From assembly GCA_020852705.1 (NCBI GenBank), contig JADZAP010000027.1, forward strand, positions 68,577-132,576: a stretch of DNA of 64,000 nt, given 5' to 3'. This document shows, one piece after another, positions 37,735 through 46,870 of this stretch. The notes below the pieces were generated by a model. The model ran no database searches. It was not told the origin of the DNA and saw only the letters and a list, made by a program, of their open reading frames with translations. The DNA is from Ignavibacteria bacterium (GTDB taxonomy: Bacteria > Bacteroidota > Ignavibacteria > Tepidaquicellales > OLB5). Position 1 is the first letter of the stretch. The number at the start of each line of letters is the position of its first letter. The position numbers and the translations under genes are program-made.

Positions 37735-38700
37735 ATGAAATCAAGGATAATAATTACTATAGGTGATTATAACGGAATAGGTCCGGAAATTATATTAAAA
37801 ACTTTAAGAAATAGAAGAATAACACAAAAGTATAATCTTACAGTAATTTCACCGCCAGAAGTATTGTATTATTATTCAAATAAATTTAAATATAATGTTT
37901 ATGCTGATAATTTTGATATTTTACCAATTGATACTGGAAAAGTAAAGGTTCAGCCGGGAATGTTAAGCTCTCACGCAGGTTTTACTGCAGGTGCAGCAAT
38001 TAAAACAGCTGCAGAGCTTTGCATGCAAGGTGAGTATGATGCCGTAGTTACCGCTCCGATAAATAAAAAATCATTGAATCTAGGCGGTTTTAATTTTTCA
38101 GGTCATACTGAAATGCTTACAGCAATTACAGAAATGAAAGATTCTTGTATGATAATGCTTTCAGGTGTATTTAATATTGCATTTGCAACAACTCATCCAC
38201 CATTAAAAAAAGTTGCATCACTAATTACGAAAGAGCTTCTTGTTTCAAAGTTTAATATTTGCAGAAAAGCTGTGCTTAGTGATTTTGCAAAAAGTTCGGG
38301 CAATATTGGAGTACTTGGTTTAAATCCGCATGCAGGTGATGATGGATTAATTGGTGCTGAAGAAAACAAGGTAATTACTCCGGTAATCATTAAGGCAGGA
38401 AAAAACAGCAGGGTAAAATTTAAAGGACCGTTTTCACCCGATGCATTTTTTGCTTCAAAAAAATATCGTAATTTTGCACTTACAATTGCTATGTATCATG
38501 ACCAGGGGTTAATACCTTTCAAAATGCTTTCCGGGCATAAGGGCACAAATTATACAGCAGGGCTGCCATTTGTAAGAACATCTCCTGACCACGGAACGGC
38601 ATTTGATATAGCAGGTAAAAATATAGCAGATCCTGTTAGCTTAATTGAAGCAATAAAATGGGCTGATAAATTAACCAGAAACAGAAAACAATCCAGTTAA
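37735..38700 (+). CDS. pdxA: 4-hydroxythreonine-4-phosphate dehydrogenase
   Basis: 321 aa with GDYNGIGPEI, FSGHTEML, LNPHAGD, MYHDQG and RTSPDHGTAFDIAG. AAGGAG precedes the start. Confidence 0.85.
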   Translation: MKSRIIITIGDYNGIGPEIILKTLRNRRITQKYNLTVISPPEVLYYYSNKFKYNVYADNFDILPIDTGKVKVQPGMLSSHAGFTAGAAIKTAAELCMQGEYDAVVTAPINKKSLNLGGFNFSGHTEMLTAITEMKDSCMIMLSGVFNIAFATTHPPLKKVASLITKELLVSKFNICRKAVLSDFAKSSGNIGVLGLNPHAGDDGLIGAEENKVITPVIIKAGKNSRVKFKGPFSPDAFFASKKYRNFALTIAMYHDQGLIPFKMLSGHKGTNYTAGLPFVRTSPDHGTAFDIAGKNIADPVSLIEAIKWADKLTRNRKQSS

Positions 38701-38720
38701 AGAACAACTAAAAATACTAT

Positions 38721-39389
38721 TTGATAAATTTTAACAATATTTCATTTTCTTATCCCTCAAAAGAACTTTTTAAGGATGTAACATTTCAGATTGATAAGGG
38801 AGAGTTTGTGTTTCTTATTGGCGAAAGCGGAACAGGTAAAACATCATTGCTTCGCATGATAAACATGGAACTATTTCCTCAGAATGGTGAAGTAGTTGTA
38901 TATGGTTTTAATTCCCGAATAATAAAAAAACCGGAAATTCCTGTTTTACGCAGGAAAATTGGTTTTGTTTTTCAGGATTATAAGCTGCTAAATGACCGAG
39001 ATGTTTTTGAAAACGTAGCACTTCCGCTGTATCTTTCAGGAATTAAACCTGATGTGATAAAGAAAAAAGTTTTTAATGTGCTTAACGAAGTTGGAGTTTT
39101 TGATTCATACAAAAAAATGCCTCAAGAACTTTCAGGAGGTGAACAGCAGCGCGTTTCAATTGCACGTGCTATAGTAAATGAACCGTATATTTTGATAGCG
39201 GATGAACCTACTGGCAACTTAGATCCGTTTGTTTCTTTTGAGATAATAAAACTACTGCTGAATATCAACTATAAAGGCACTGCTGTATTTATAGCCACTC
39301 ATAATTATGAAATAGTGAAGCGTCTTAAAAGCAAACGCTTATTGCAGATTAAAGATAAGAAAATTCTTGATGTGGTAATAAAGGAATAA
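38721..39389 (+). CDS. ftsE: cell division ATP-binding protein FtsE
   Basis: 222 aa with Walker [38 protein letters not shown] and [13 protein letters not shown] start is implied. Confidence 0.8.
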   Translation: MINFNNISFSYPSKELFKDVTFQIDKGEFVFLIGESGTGKTSLLRMINMELFPQNGEVVVYGFNSRIIKKPEIPVLRRKIGFVFQDYKLLNDRDVFENVALPLYLSGIKPDVIKKKVFNVLNEVGVFDSYKKMPQELSGGEQQRVSIARAIVNEPYILIADEPTGNLDPFVSFEIIKLLLNINYKGTAVFIATHNYEIVKRLKSKRLLQIKDKKILDVVIKE

Positions 39390-39441
39390 AATAAGTAAAA
39401 TTTTAACGCTGAGGAATAAATTTTATGTTAAAATATAACTC

Positions 39442-40851
39442 TTAATTATCGCGGTTTATTAAGAACTGCAAAACCTTTTCCCAATCCTTTTCAAAATTAA
39501 AATTGAATCTTTCATTTGGATTGATCATAAAAGCCATTTCAATGTATTTTATACCGAGTTCAACTTCTGCGCTTAAAAAATAAAGTTTAGCTTTTGCATA
39601 GTATGGCTCTGCCCAAGCGGTTTGTAACCCCGTAAGCCGAGTTAGTATTTCATCTGCTTCAGCGAATTTTTCAAGATCAATATATGTATTTGCAAGATCC
39701 AAAGCAGCCTGGTGATTTACAGGATTGTGGTTAAGAACTTTTTTATAACTTTCAACTGATTCCTCAAGCCTGCCAAGGTTATATTCTGCATCAGCTTTGG
39801 CATACCATAACTCAGCATTTTCTTTAAAAAGTTCAACAGCTTTATCATAATCACGCAATGCTTTATTAAAATCCTCAAGCTGATAAAAACAATTCCCCCT
39901 GCCAAAGTATGATTCATAGTGTCCGGGCTCTAAGGCAACAGCTTTTGTGAAGTATTCTATTGCCAGCCTGTAGCTGCTCATTTGTTCATATGCACTTGCC
40001 AGATTATAAAGAGCATAAACATCTTTTCTGTTTATGCCAAGAGCAGTTTTATAATCCTCAATAGCTCGAATTAAGACACCAAGACTTGCATAAGCATTAC
40101 CTTTGTTATACCACGCCGAAGCAAATTTAGGGTTTAGAGTAAGAGCCATTTCGTATGCTTCAATTGCATAATAATATCTTCCCATTCTGCTTAAAACAAC
40201 CCCTTTATTATACCATGCATTATAATTAAACGGAACTATTCCAATATGTTTTTCATAAGCAGCAAGTGAATCATTCAGTCTGTCAATATAATCAAAACAG
40301 TAACCCATTTCATAATATGAATCTTTATGATCCGGGTCGAGCTCAATAATTTTATTAAAGCAAGTAATTGCATCTTCAAAGCGATCACATTTTTCCAGTA
40401 TCAGTCCTTTATTGAAAAGAGCATCAATATTATTAGGAGCAAAATTTAAAACAGCATCAAAACACTCCAGCGATTCATTAAAAGCTCCTGAATTATCAAG
40501 TGTGATACCCTTATTTATTAGAGATTCTTCATCGTTTGGATTTAGGTTTATTGCTTTATCAAAACATTCAACAGCAGCTTTATAATCACCTTTATGGTCA
40601 TAAATAATTGCTTTACGCTGCCATATTTCATTACTATAAGGGAAATGTTCCAGCAGAGTATCTAGACAGGTAATTGCTTTAGAGTGAAGGTTTTTTTCCA
40701 GAAGATAATTTACTATATCATCAATTGAGTCAATATCAAGATCGTTCATTATACGCTCACGCTTGTTTATCAAAGCATCAATTAACTGCTCTTTATCTTT
40801 GTTCACCTTTTTTGAACTTTCTTCAAATTCTATGTCGTCAGTATATCCCAA
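39442..40851 (-). CDS. tetratricopeptide repeat protein
   Basis: 469 aa with about 10 consecutive 34-residue TPR units (A..YNKG......A...Y..AL.LNP pattern). Confidence 0.8.
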   Translation of the reverse strand: MGYTDDIEFEESSKKVNKDKEQLIDALINKRERIMNDLDIDSIDDIVNYLLEKNLHSKAITCLDTLLEHFPYSNEIWQRKAIIYDHKGDYKAAVECFDKAINLNPNDEESLINKGITLDNSGAFNESLECFDAVLNFAPNNIDALFNKGLILEKCDRFEDAITCFNKIIELDPDHKDSYYEMGYCFDYIDRLNDSLAAYEKHIGIVPFNYNAWYNKGVVLSRMGRYYYAIEAYEMALTLNPKFASAWYNKGNAYASLGVLIRAIEDYKTALGINRKDVYALYNLASAYEQMSSYRLAIEYFTKAVALEPGHYESYFGRGNCFYQLEDFNKALRDYDKAVELFKENAELWYAKADAEYNLGRLEESVESYKKVLNHNPVNHQAALDLANTYIDLEKFAEADEILTRLTGLQTAWAEPYYAKAKLYFLSAEVELGIKYIEMAFMINPNERFNFNFEKDWEKVLQFLINRDN

Positions 40852-40960
40852 AAATCTAATTTTATTGTTTTTTTAAATTAATTTTTAAATAAACTGTCTC
40901 CAGCACTTTCAATCTAAAATTATTTTTACGATATGTCAAGTTAATAGTAAAGTAAAATGA

Positions 40961-40978
40961 GTGTAAAAATTTTTACAC
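40961..40978. repeat. perfect 18-bp palindrome gtgtaaaaatttttacac
   Basis: Read directly; the sequence is its own reverse complement. It lies about 110 nt upstream of the TPR gene start on the minus strand. Confidence 0.9.
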
Positions 40979-41109
40979 TGTTTAGTATTAACAGTGATTG
41001 TTATTCTTGTAGCTCATCTCTTAAAACTTTCAATTTTAATAATTTATTAGGGTTTTGTAATGTGCAGATATGTTTGCTTATTAAATTTTAATAAATTGTA
41101 TATCAATAT

Positions 41110-41145
41110 TAAAAAGCTGAATGATATAATTAAATTTTCATTCAG
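41110..41145 (-). terminator. rho-independent terminator for ccmAB (minus strand)
   Basis: On the minus strand the stem ctgaatga/tcattcag (8 bp, 13-nt loop) overlaps the ccmB stop codon and is followed by cttttt. Confidence 0.65.
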
Positions 41146-41804
41146 TCATTCCAAACAAACTCAAATAACAGAAAAGAAGCTGTAACAACTACAATGGTAA
41201 ATGAAACTATCATCTGTACTTCGCCGGAAATACTTCCGAAGGGAGCTCCATCAATTGTCAGGGTGGTTGCACTAATTGCTGCAAGCAGCAGCGGAAGCAG
41301 CAACGGAAAGGCAAGCACAGGATATAAAGTGGCTTTAGAATTTGCCTTTGAAATTAATGCCGCAATGATAGTTAAAACAGAAGAAAGTCCCAGATTACCT
41401 AAAGTTACGATAAGTGAAAATAGACCCGTGTTTTTAATTTCAAGTCCTGTAATTATTATGTAAAGAAAAATTATAAGAAAGTTAATTATAAAAGTAAGTA
41501 TTGTATTAAATATCAGTTTCCCAAGAATTACAGATTGAGAGCATGCAGTAAGTTTAAGTACAAGCGAAGTTCCTCGCTCTTCTTCACTGACAAAAACTCT
41601 GGAAAGTCCGTTTGAAGTAGAAAAGAAAATGATAATCCATAACAGCCCTGCATTCATTTCACTTGTTATTTTTTCTTCTCCAAGAGAAAATCTTATAACA
41701 GATATCACAACAATAATAAACATTAGAAGCGAATTTACGGCATAGCGAGTTCTAATTTCGCTGTTTAAATCCTTTTTGCATATAGCCCATGCCTGTTTAA
41801 ACAT
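41142..41804 (-). CDS. ccmB: heme exporter permease CcmB-like (ABC-2 type)
   Basis: 220 aa with 6 predicted TM helices. The N-terminus ICKKDLNSEIRTRYAVNSLLMF resembles CcmB. Its ATG overlaps the TAA of the upstream ATPase gene (TAATG). Confidence 0.65.
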   Translation of the reverse strand: MFKQAWAICKKDLNSEIRTRYAVNSLLMFIIVVISVIRFSLGEEKITSEMNAGLLWIIIFFSTSNGLSRVFVSEEERGTSLVLKLTACSQSVILGKLIFNTILTFIINFLIIFLYIIITGLEIKNTGLFSLIVTLGNLGLSSVLTIIAALISKANSKATLYPVLAFPLLLPLLLAAISATTLTIDGAPFGSISGEVQMIVSFTIVVVTASFLLFEFVWND

Positions 41805-42451
41805 TATTCACCGTTTATTTTCTGATTACTGCTATCATTCAAATTAATATCACTGCTGCAAAGCGAACGCTCATGTTCATCATTAGTTGCAATTATTACA
41901 ATTTTATTTATTTTATATTCATCAGTGATATTATCAACTATAGATACGCCATCATGATCCAGATTACTAGTTGGCTCATCCATCAGCAGGATTTGAGGGT
42001 TGTGTAAAATTGCAAAAGCAATCTTTAATCTCTGTTTCATTCCCGAAGAGTAAATTTTCAAAAGGTCATTACGCCTTTGGTATAAGCCAACTTTTTGTAA
42101 AACCAAATCAATATTATTGTGACCTTCACCTCTGATATTACTGATTAACTTCAGGTTTTCAAATCCTGAAAACTCATCATAAAGGTTAAGATATGGAGAA
42201 ACAAATCCTATATATCTAAAAATATTTTCCCGTTTTACTTTATTATTGTTTTCATAAAGGTCAATAGAACCTGAGGATTGCGAAAGCAGGTTTGAAATAA
42301 TTTTAATTAAAGTTGATTTTCCCGAACCATTTTTACCCGTAATAGCAATAGCAGAACCGCTATTTATTTCAAAATTAACATTTTCAAAAATTGTTCGTCT
42401 ATCAAATTTTCTGGTAAGGTTAACAGCTTTAATTTTAAATTCCCCGGACAT
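41804..42451 (-). CDS. ccmA: ABC transporter ATP-binding protein, CcmA-like
   Basis: 215 aa with Walker A GKNGSGKST, signature SSGMKQRL and Walker B LLMDEPTSNLD. It is translationally coupled to the ccmB-like gene. Confidence 0.6.
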   Translation of the reverse strand: MSGEFKIKAVNLTRKFDRRTIFENVNFEINSGSAIAITGKNGSGKSTLIKIISNLLSQSSGSIDLYENNNKVKRENIFRYIGFVSPYLNLYDEFSGFENLKLISNIRGEGHNNIDLVLQKVGLYQRRNDLLKIYSSGMKQRLKIAFAILHNPQILLMDEPTSNLDHDGVSIVDNITDEYKINKIVIIATNDEHERSLCSSDINLNDSSNQKINGE

Positions 42452-42463
42452 ATATTATAAGAG

Positions 42464-42955
42464 TTATTTCTGAATAATTCCGTGCATTTTGTTAAGTCTT
42501 TGCTCTCTTCTTAAAAGGGCATCATTATACCATTTTTTTTCTTCTTCAGTTTCAGGTGTAATTGGCGGGACAGATACTTTATGATACGTTTCAGAATCAA
42601 CACAGACAAATGTAAAATAAGCACTATTTGAGTGTTTCTTTTCGCCGGTTTTAAAATTCTCAACCTCAACCTTTACGCCAATTTCCATACTGGTGTTAAA
42701 AGCTCGGTTTACATTTGCTTTAAGTGAAACAATATTTCCAAGTTTTATTGGTTCATGAAAAGACAAGTCATCAACAACAGCGGTTACAGCAACATGATTA
42801 CAATGACGCGATGCAGCCATAGCAGCAGCCATATCCATCCAGTGCATCAGTCTTCCGCCAAGAAGGTTTTTTAGTATATTGGTATCATTTGGAAGCACAA
42901 GTTCAATCATAGTAACTTGTGATTCTTTCATTGTTTTAGGCAATAAATTGCTCAT
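42464..42955 (-). CDS. acyl-CoA thioesterase (hotdog fold, YciA-like)
   Basis: 163 aa with LPNDTN..GGRLMHWMD.AA..AA.RH and SMEIGVKVEVE patterns. Confidence 0.8.
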   Translation of the reverse strand: MSNLLPKTMKESQVTMIELVLPNDTNILKNLLGGRLMHWMDMAAAMAASRHCNHVAVTAVVDDLSFHEPIKLGNIVSLKANVNRAFNTSMEIGVKVEVENFKTGEKKHSNSAYFTFVCVDSETYHKVSVPPITPETEEEKKWYNDALLRREQRLNKMHGIIQK

Positions 42956-42967
42956 AATCTATGTATA

Positions 42968-43744
42968 TTATTTACCGGCTTGCAGTTCATTTATTTTACT
43001 TGTTAATCTGTTAGCACGTGTTTTTAAATTACTATTTGGAAAAAGTTTGTAAAATTTTTCGAGAACTTTTTTTGCATCATCATATCTTCTGCCGTTTATA
43101 AAAGCTTCAGCTTGTCCTACCATGGCATCATCTGCCCAGTCAGAATCAATATAATTATCATATACTGCTTGATAATATAATGATGCAGCTTTATAATTAT
43201 CAGTTTTCATATAAAGTTCAGCAATCCAGAAATCTTTGTAAGCTAATTTGTTTCTAAGCTCCTTAATTTTTGTTTCTGCTTCAGATACTTTTTTATCCTG
43301 CGGATAGGTTTCAACAAATGAAAGCAGCTGATTAAGCGCTTCGGTAGTAAACTGCTGGTCAAGTGAGTATTTTGGCGAAAGACTGTAATATGTGTTACCA
43401 AGCATATATTTTGCATCGGGCATTAATGGACTTAACGGGTAATTTTTTAAAAAGCTTTCATATTCATAAGCAGCAAGAATAAACTCCTTTTGGTAGAAAT
43501 AACTTGCTGCAAGAAAGTATTGAACTTTATCAGATATTTCTGTACCGGGAAAGCGTATTTTAATGAAAGAAAAATCGTCTATTGCATCAACATATTCTTT
43601 TTTGTCATATTTCCTTTTTGCAATATCAAACGCTTTCAAAGGATCATCGGTATTGATTGAATCTTTGCTGCCGCCGCATCCTGTAATAATTAATGCAGTA
43701 AATAAAAGAATTATCGTGAATTTTAAAGATTTTTTTATTTTCAA
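42968..43744 (-). CDS. bamD: outer membrane protein assembly factor BamD
   Basis: 258 aa with lipobox IITGC, followed by a TPR-like helical repeat protein with YfiO-type spacing. Confidence 0.75.
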   Translation of the reverse strand: MKIKKSLKFTIILLFTALIITGCGGSKDSINTDDPLKAFDIAKRKYDKKEYVDAIDDFSFIKIRFPGTEISDKVQYFLAASYFYQKEFILAAYEYESFLKNYPLSPLMPDAKYMLGNTYYSLSPKYSLDQQFTTEALNQLLSFVETYPQDKKVSEAETKIKELRNKLAYKDFWIAELYMKTDNYKAASLYYQAVYDNYIDSDWADDAMVGQAEAFINGRRYDDAKKVLEKFYKLFPNSNLKTRANRLTSKINELQAGK

Positions 43745-43811
43745 ATTGATATTTATATATTCTATTTTGTGATTGTATTATAAAATATTGCCGGTATAAT
43801 TTTAATAAATT

Positions 43812-44567
43812 CTATTTAGATCTGATAGTAAAAAATAAAATTGCTGCAATGGCTGAAAAAGTTACAACTGCTGCAGGAAAAATTACTGATTCCAGAAAAC
43901 TTACTTTTGGAGGATAATTTTGTGTGAACTTATATTCAGCAGATTCGTATTTTGTATAATCATCTAAGGGTATTTCATCCTCAAACTTTGTTGAAATATC
44001 ATCTCTGTAAAGTGATTTATCAAAATTATCCCAAACATTAACGCTGAAAGCTGATGTAATTTTGCGATACATGGTTTTTTCACCCAAAAATCTGTTCTTA
44101 ATCAATTTAGTGTATTCAGTATAAAATTTGTTAACAATTATTCTAAATTTTATGTATCCGGTGTCAGGTGCTTTCATAAAATCATCTTTGGAAAATGAAT
44201 ACAATATCTTATTTTTATCAGCAGTGTTTCTTACAATTTTTTCCATGAACTTTTTGTTTTCTGGCTTATTCCCGGAATCAGTTACATAAAAAACAAATTT
44301 TTCATTTCGGTTAATTTCAGGGAGAAAGATAATTTTTTCAAGTTCTATGGATATTTCATCTTCAAATACTTCTAGATTTGATTTATATTTTTCTTGAGCA
44401 TGTAATGAACTGTAAGAATAAAAAATACTTGTAATTATAAATATTGAAAGAACAATCCCAAGGAAATTGGGTGGTTTTGTGAAAAATATATTTTGTTTAA
44501 TAAAATTCAAATAAAAATTCTGAGAAATTGCATAATTTCTTCTATGATAATGTATAATCAAATACAA
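43812..44567 (-). CDS. hypothetical bitopic membrane protein
   Basis: 251 aa with an N-terminal hydrophobic segment (GIVLSIFIITSIFYSY) and a C-terminal TM (VIFPAAVVTFSAIAAILFF). No family recognised. By my reading the start codon is TTG. Confidence 0.45.
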   Translation of the reverse strand: MYLIIHYHRRNYAISQNFYLNFIKQNIFFTKPPNFLGIVLSIFIITSIFYSYSSLHAQEKYKSNLEVFEDEISIELEKIIFLPEINRNEKFVFYVTDSGNKPENKKFMEKIVRNTADKNKILYSFSKDDFMKAPDTGYIKFRIIVNKFYTEYTKLIKNRFLGEKTMYRKITSAFSVNVWDNFDKSLYRDDISTKFEDEIPLDDYTKYESAEYKFTQNYPPKVSFLESVIFPAAVVTFSAIAAILFFTIRSK

Positions 44568-44625
44568 AGAGTAAAGATTTCAACGAATTTTTAATATATT
44601 TAAGTAAATTACAAATAAATAGGTG

Positions 44626-44732
44626 CTGTTTCAAGGAAAATAGAATTAATAGTAAAGCTCAATATTGTTAATTTAATGAGTTTACAGAAATTTAAATTTT
44701 GAATAATCATTAAAATTACTTCCTTGAAACAG
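44626..44732. repeat. 107-bp element bounded by perfect 13-bp inverted repeats (ctgtttcaaggaa / ttccttgaaacag)
   Basis: Read directly: the left arm is 44626-44638 and the right arm is 44720-44732. It sits in the divergent intergenic region. Confidence 0.85.
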
Positions 44733-44796
44733 TCTAAAAATATGGGTAAAATTGCAGATTATTCTAAATTTTAACTGATTTTAATATTATAATTTC

Positions 44797-45795
44797 ATGA
44801 AAAATCTCTTTCTCGCCGTAATTTTTATTATTGTTACTATTGCAACAGTTCACAGCCAAAAAAATACCATTACTTTCTCAAGTGATGCTACAAAAAATGA
44901 TAAACAGCAGATATTTATAATGGATGAAAACGGCGATAATGTTAAGCAGGTTGCATTTCTTGATCTTGACTGTTACTCTCCTCACTTTATTCCTAAAACT
45001 AATAAAATACTTTTTTCGGCAACAAACAGAATTTCAGATTTTTTATATATGATAAATCTGGATGATACTGCAACTTTTAGGTTTCCGGAATTTATTGATG
45101 GCGGAATTGATCCAAAATTTACAGATGACGGCAAATATCTTATGTACCGCTCTGAAAAGGATGAAAGCAATGCTTTATATATAATGGATTTATCAACAGG
45201 CGAATCATTTCCTGTGAGTGATGGAAGTTTAGCAACACATGCCGAGTTTTCACACAGCGGACAATATATAGTATATTCATCAAGTGCTGATCAAAATTTT
45301 GATCTGGTTGTTCTTAATTTAAATGATACTACAGATAATGCTCAAAATACAGTTGTAGCTACCAAAGATGCCGAAATTTACGGAACGTTTTCTCCTGATG
45401 ATAAAAAACTTGCATTTGCTTCATTTGATATAAATTACAAGGGAACATTAAAAACCTGCGATGTTACAGGGAAAAATGTTAAAGTTATATCAAACAGCGG
45501 CAGCTCTTACAATCCCAAATGGTCTCCTGATGGCAAATATCTTGCTTATATTTCGGATAAATCCGGAAGGTTTCAGATTTATTTAGTAAAATCAGATGGA
45601 TCATCAGTTAAACAGTTAACAAGTGAGTCTGGTAATGTTGTTGAGTATAATTTTTCATCTGACGGGAGTAAAATAGTTTATGACAGTCAGTCTGAAAGTG
45701 TATCTTCAATATGGATAATAGATGTTGAAACAGGGACAAAGCAAAATTTAACCGGCAGCAAAGCAAATAATATCACACCGGATTTTAAGCAATAA
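44797..45795 (+). CDS. TolB-like WD40/PD40 beta-propeller protein
   Basis: 332 aa with a signal peptide. PD40-type units repeat (P.FS.DGK.l.y.S...g...iy): FTDDGKYLMY, FSHSGQYIVY, FSPDDKKLAF, WSPDGKYLAY and FSSDGSKIVY. Confidence 0.7.
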   Translation: MKNLFLAVIFIIVTIATVHSQKNTITFSSDATKNDKQQIFIMDENGDNVKQVAFLDLDCYSPHFIPKTNKILFSATNRISDFLYMINLDDTATFRFPEFIDGGIDPKFTDDGKYLMYRSEKDESNALYIMDLSTGESFPVSDGSLATHAEFSHSGQYIVYSSSADQNFDLVVLNLNDTTDNAQNTVVATKDAEIYGTFSPDDKKLAFASFDINYKGTLKTCDVTGKNVKVISNSGSSYNPKWSPDGKYLAYISDKSGRFQIYLVKSDGSSVKQLTSESGNVVEYNFSSDGSKIVYDSQSESVSSIWIIDVETGTKQNLTGSKANNITPDFKQ

Positions 45796-45822
45796 ATTTA
45801 CAGAGCAAACAATAGATTTTAC

Positions 45823-46782
45823 ATGAAAGTAATTGAACATCTTGAACGCTCTAAAAGCAGAAATACCCCGCTTATCAGCTTTGAAGTAATTCCTCCAAAG
45901 CGCGGCGGTGATATTACACAGTTGTTTAATGTTATAAATGATGTTATGCAATATGAGCCGCCATTTATTGATGTAACTTCTCGAGCAGCTGAGGTTGAAT
46001 ACAGGGAAACACCACAAGGCATTCAGAAAAAAGTTATCCGTAAAAGACCCGGTACAATTGGAATAAGTGTAGCAATTAAAAATCATTTTAATATTGATAC
46101 CGTTCCTCATATACTATGTTTAGGTTTTACACGTGAAGAAACTGAAGATGCTCTTATTGAACTTAATTATCTTGGTATTGAAAATGTTCTTGCCATTCGG
46201 GGAGATGATCTTGGTTATCATAAACCCATACCTGGGTATAAATCACAAAATCGTTATGCTTATGAGCTGATAAAGCAGGTAAGCAACATGAACAAAGGCA
46301 GGTATCTTGAAGATGACCTTTTAGATGCCAAACCAACTAATTTTTGTGTTGGGGTCAGCGGTTATCCCGAAAAACATTTTGAAGCACCTAATTTGAAGGT
46401 AGAAATAGATCATGTAAAGAAAAAGATTGAATCAGGGGGTGACTATATTGTAACGCAAATGTTCTATGATAACAAGGTTTATTTTGAATTTGTAAACAAA
46501 TGCCGCGAAGCGGGAATTACTGTTCCAATTATCCCCGGGTTAAAGGTGCTTACAACAAAAAACAATCTTTATACCATTCCAAAGAATTTTTATATTAATA
46601 TTCCCGAAGAACTTTCAGGTGAAATATTGGAAGCAAAAGATGAACATGTACTGGAAATAGGAGCCAGGTGGTCTGCAAAGCAGGCAGAGGAATTGCTTAA
46701 TAATGGTGCACCAAGCCTGCATTTTTATATTATGCAAAGTGCAAAACCGATAATAAAAATGTTTAATTACCTGAAAGCGTGA
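45823..46782 (+). CDS. metF: methylenetetrahydrofolate reductase [NAD(P)H]
   Basis: 319 aa with SFEVIPPK, AIRGD, GYPEKH and DYIVTQMFYD motifs. Confidence 0.9.
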   Translation: MKVIEHLERSKSRNTPLISFEVIPPKRGGDITQLFNVINDVMQYEPPFIDVTSRAAEVEYRETPQGIQKKVIRKRPGTIGISVAIKNHFNIDTVPHILCLGFTREETEDALIELNYLGIENVLAIRGDDLGYHKPIPGYKSQNRYAYELIKQVSNMNKGRYLEDDLLDAKPTNFCVGVSGYPEKHFEAPNLKVEIDHVKKKIESGGDYIVTQMFYDNKVYFEFVNKCREAGITVPIIPGLKVLTTKNNLYTIPKNFYINIPEELSGEILEAKDEHVLEIGARWSAKQAEELLNNGAPSLHFYIMQSAKPIIKMFNYLKA

Positions 46783-46870
46783 AAATTGAATTTGATATTT
46801 AAAAATTAATTAATTTATAATCCTGAATGTAATCTGAGAGTTTAAAGTAAATTATTTCATTTATAATAAA

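Noticed and set aside
39390-39441. attttaac/gttaaaat hairpin between convergent ftsE and the TPR gene, as a terminator
   Set aside because: The stem is 8 bp and almost entirely A-T with a long loop. That is too weak to call confidently.
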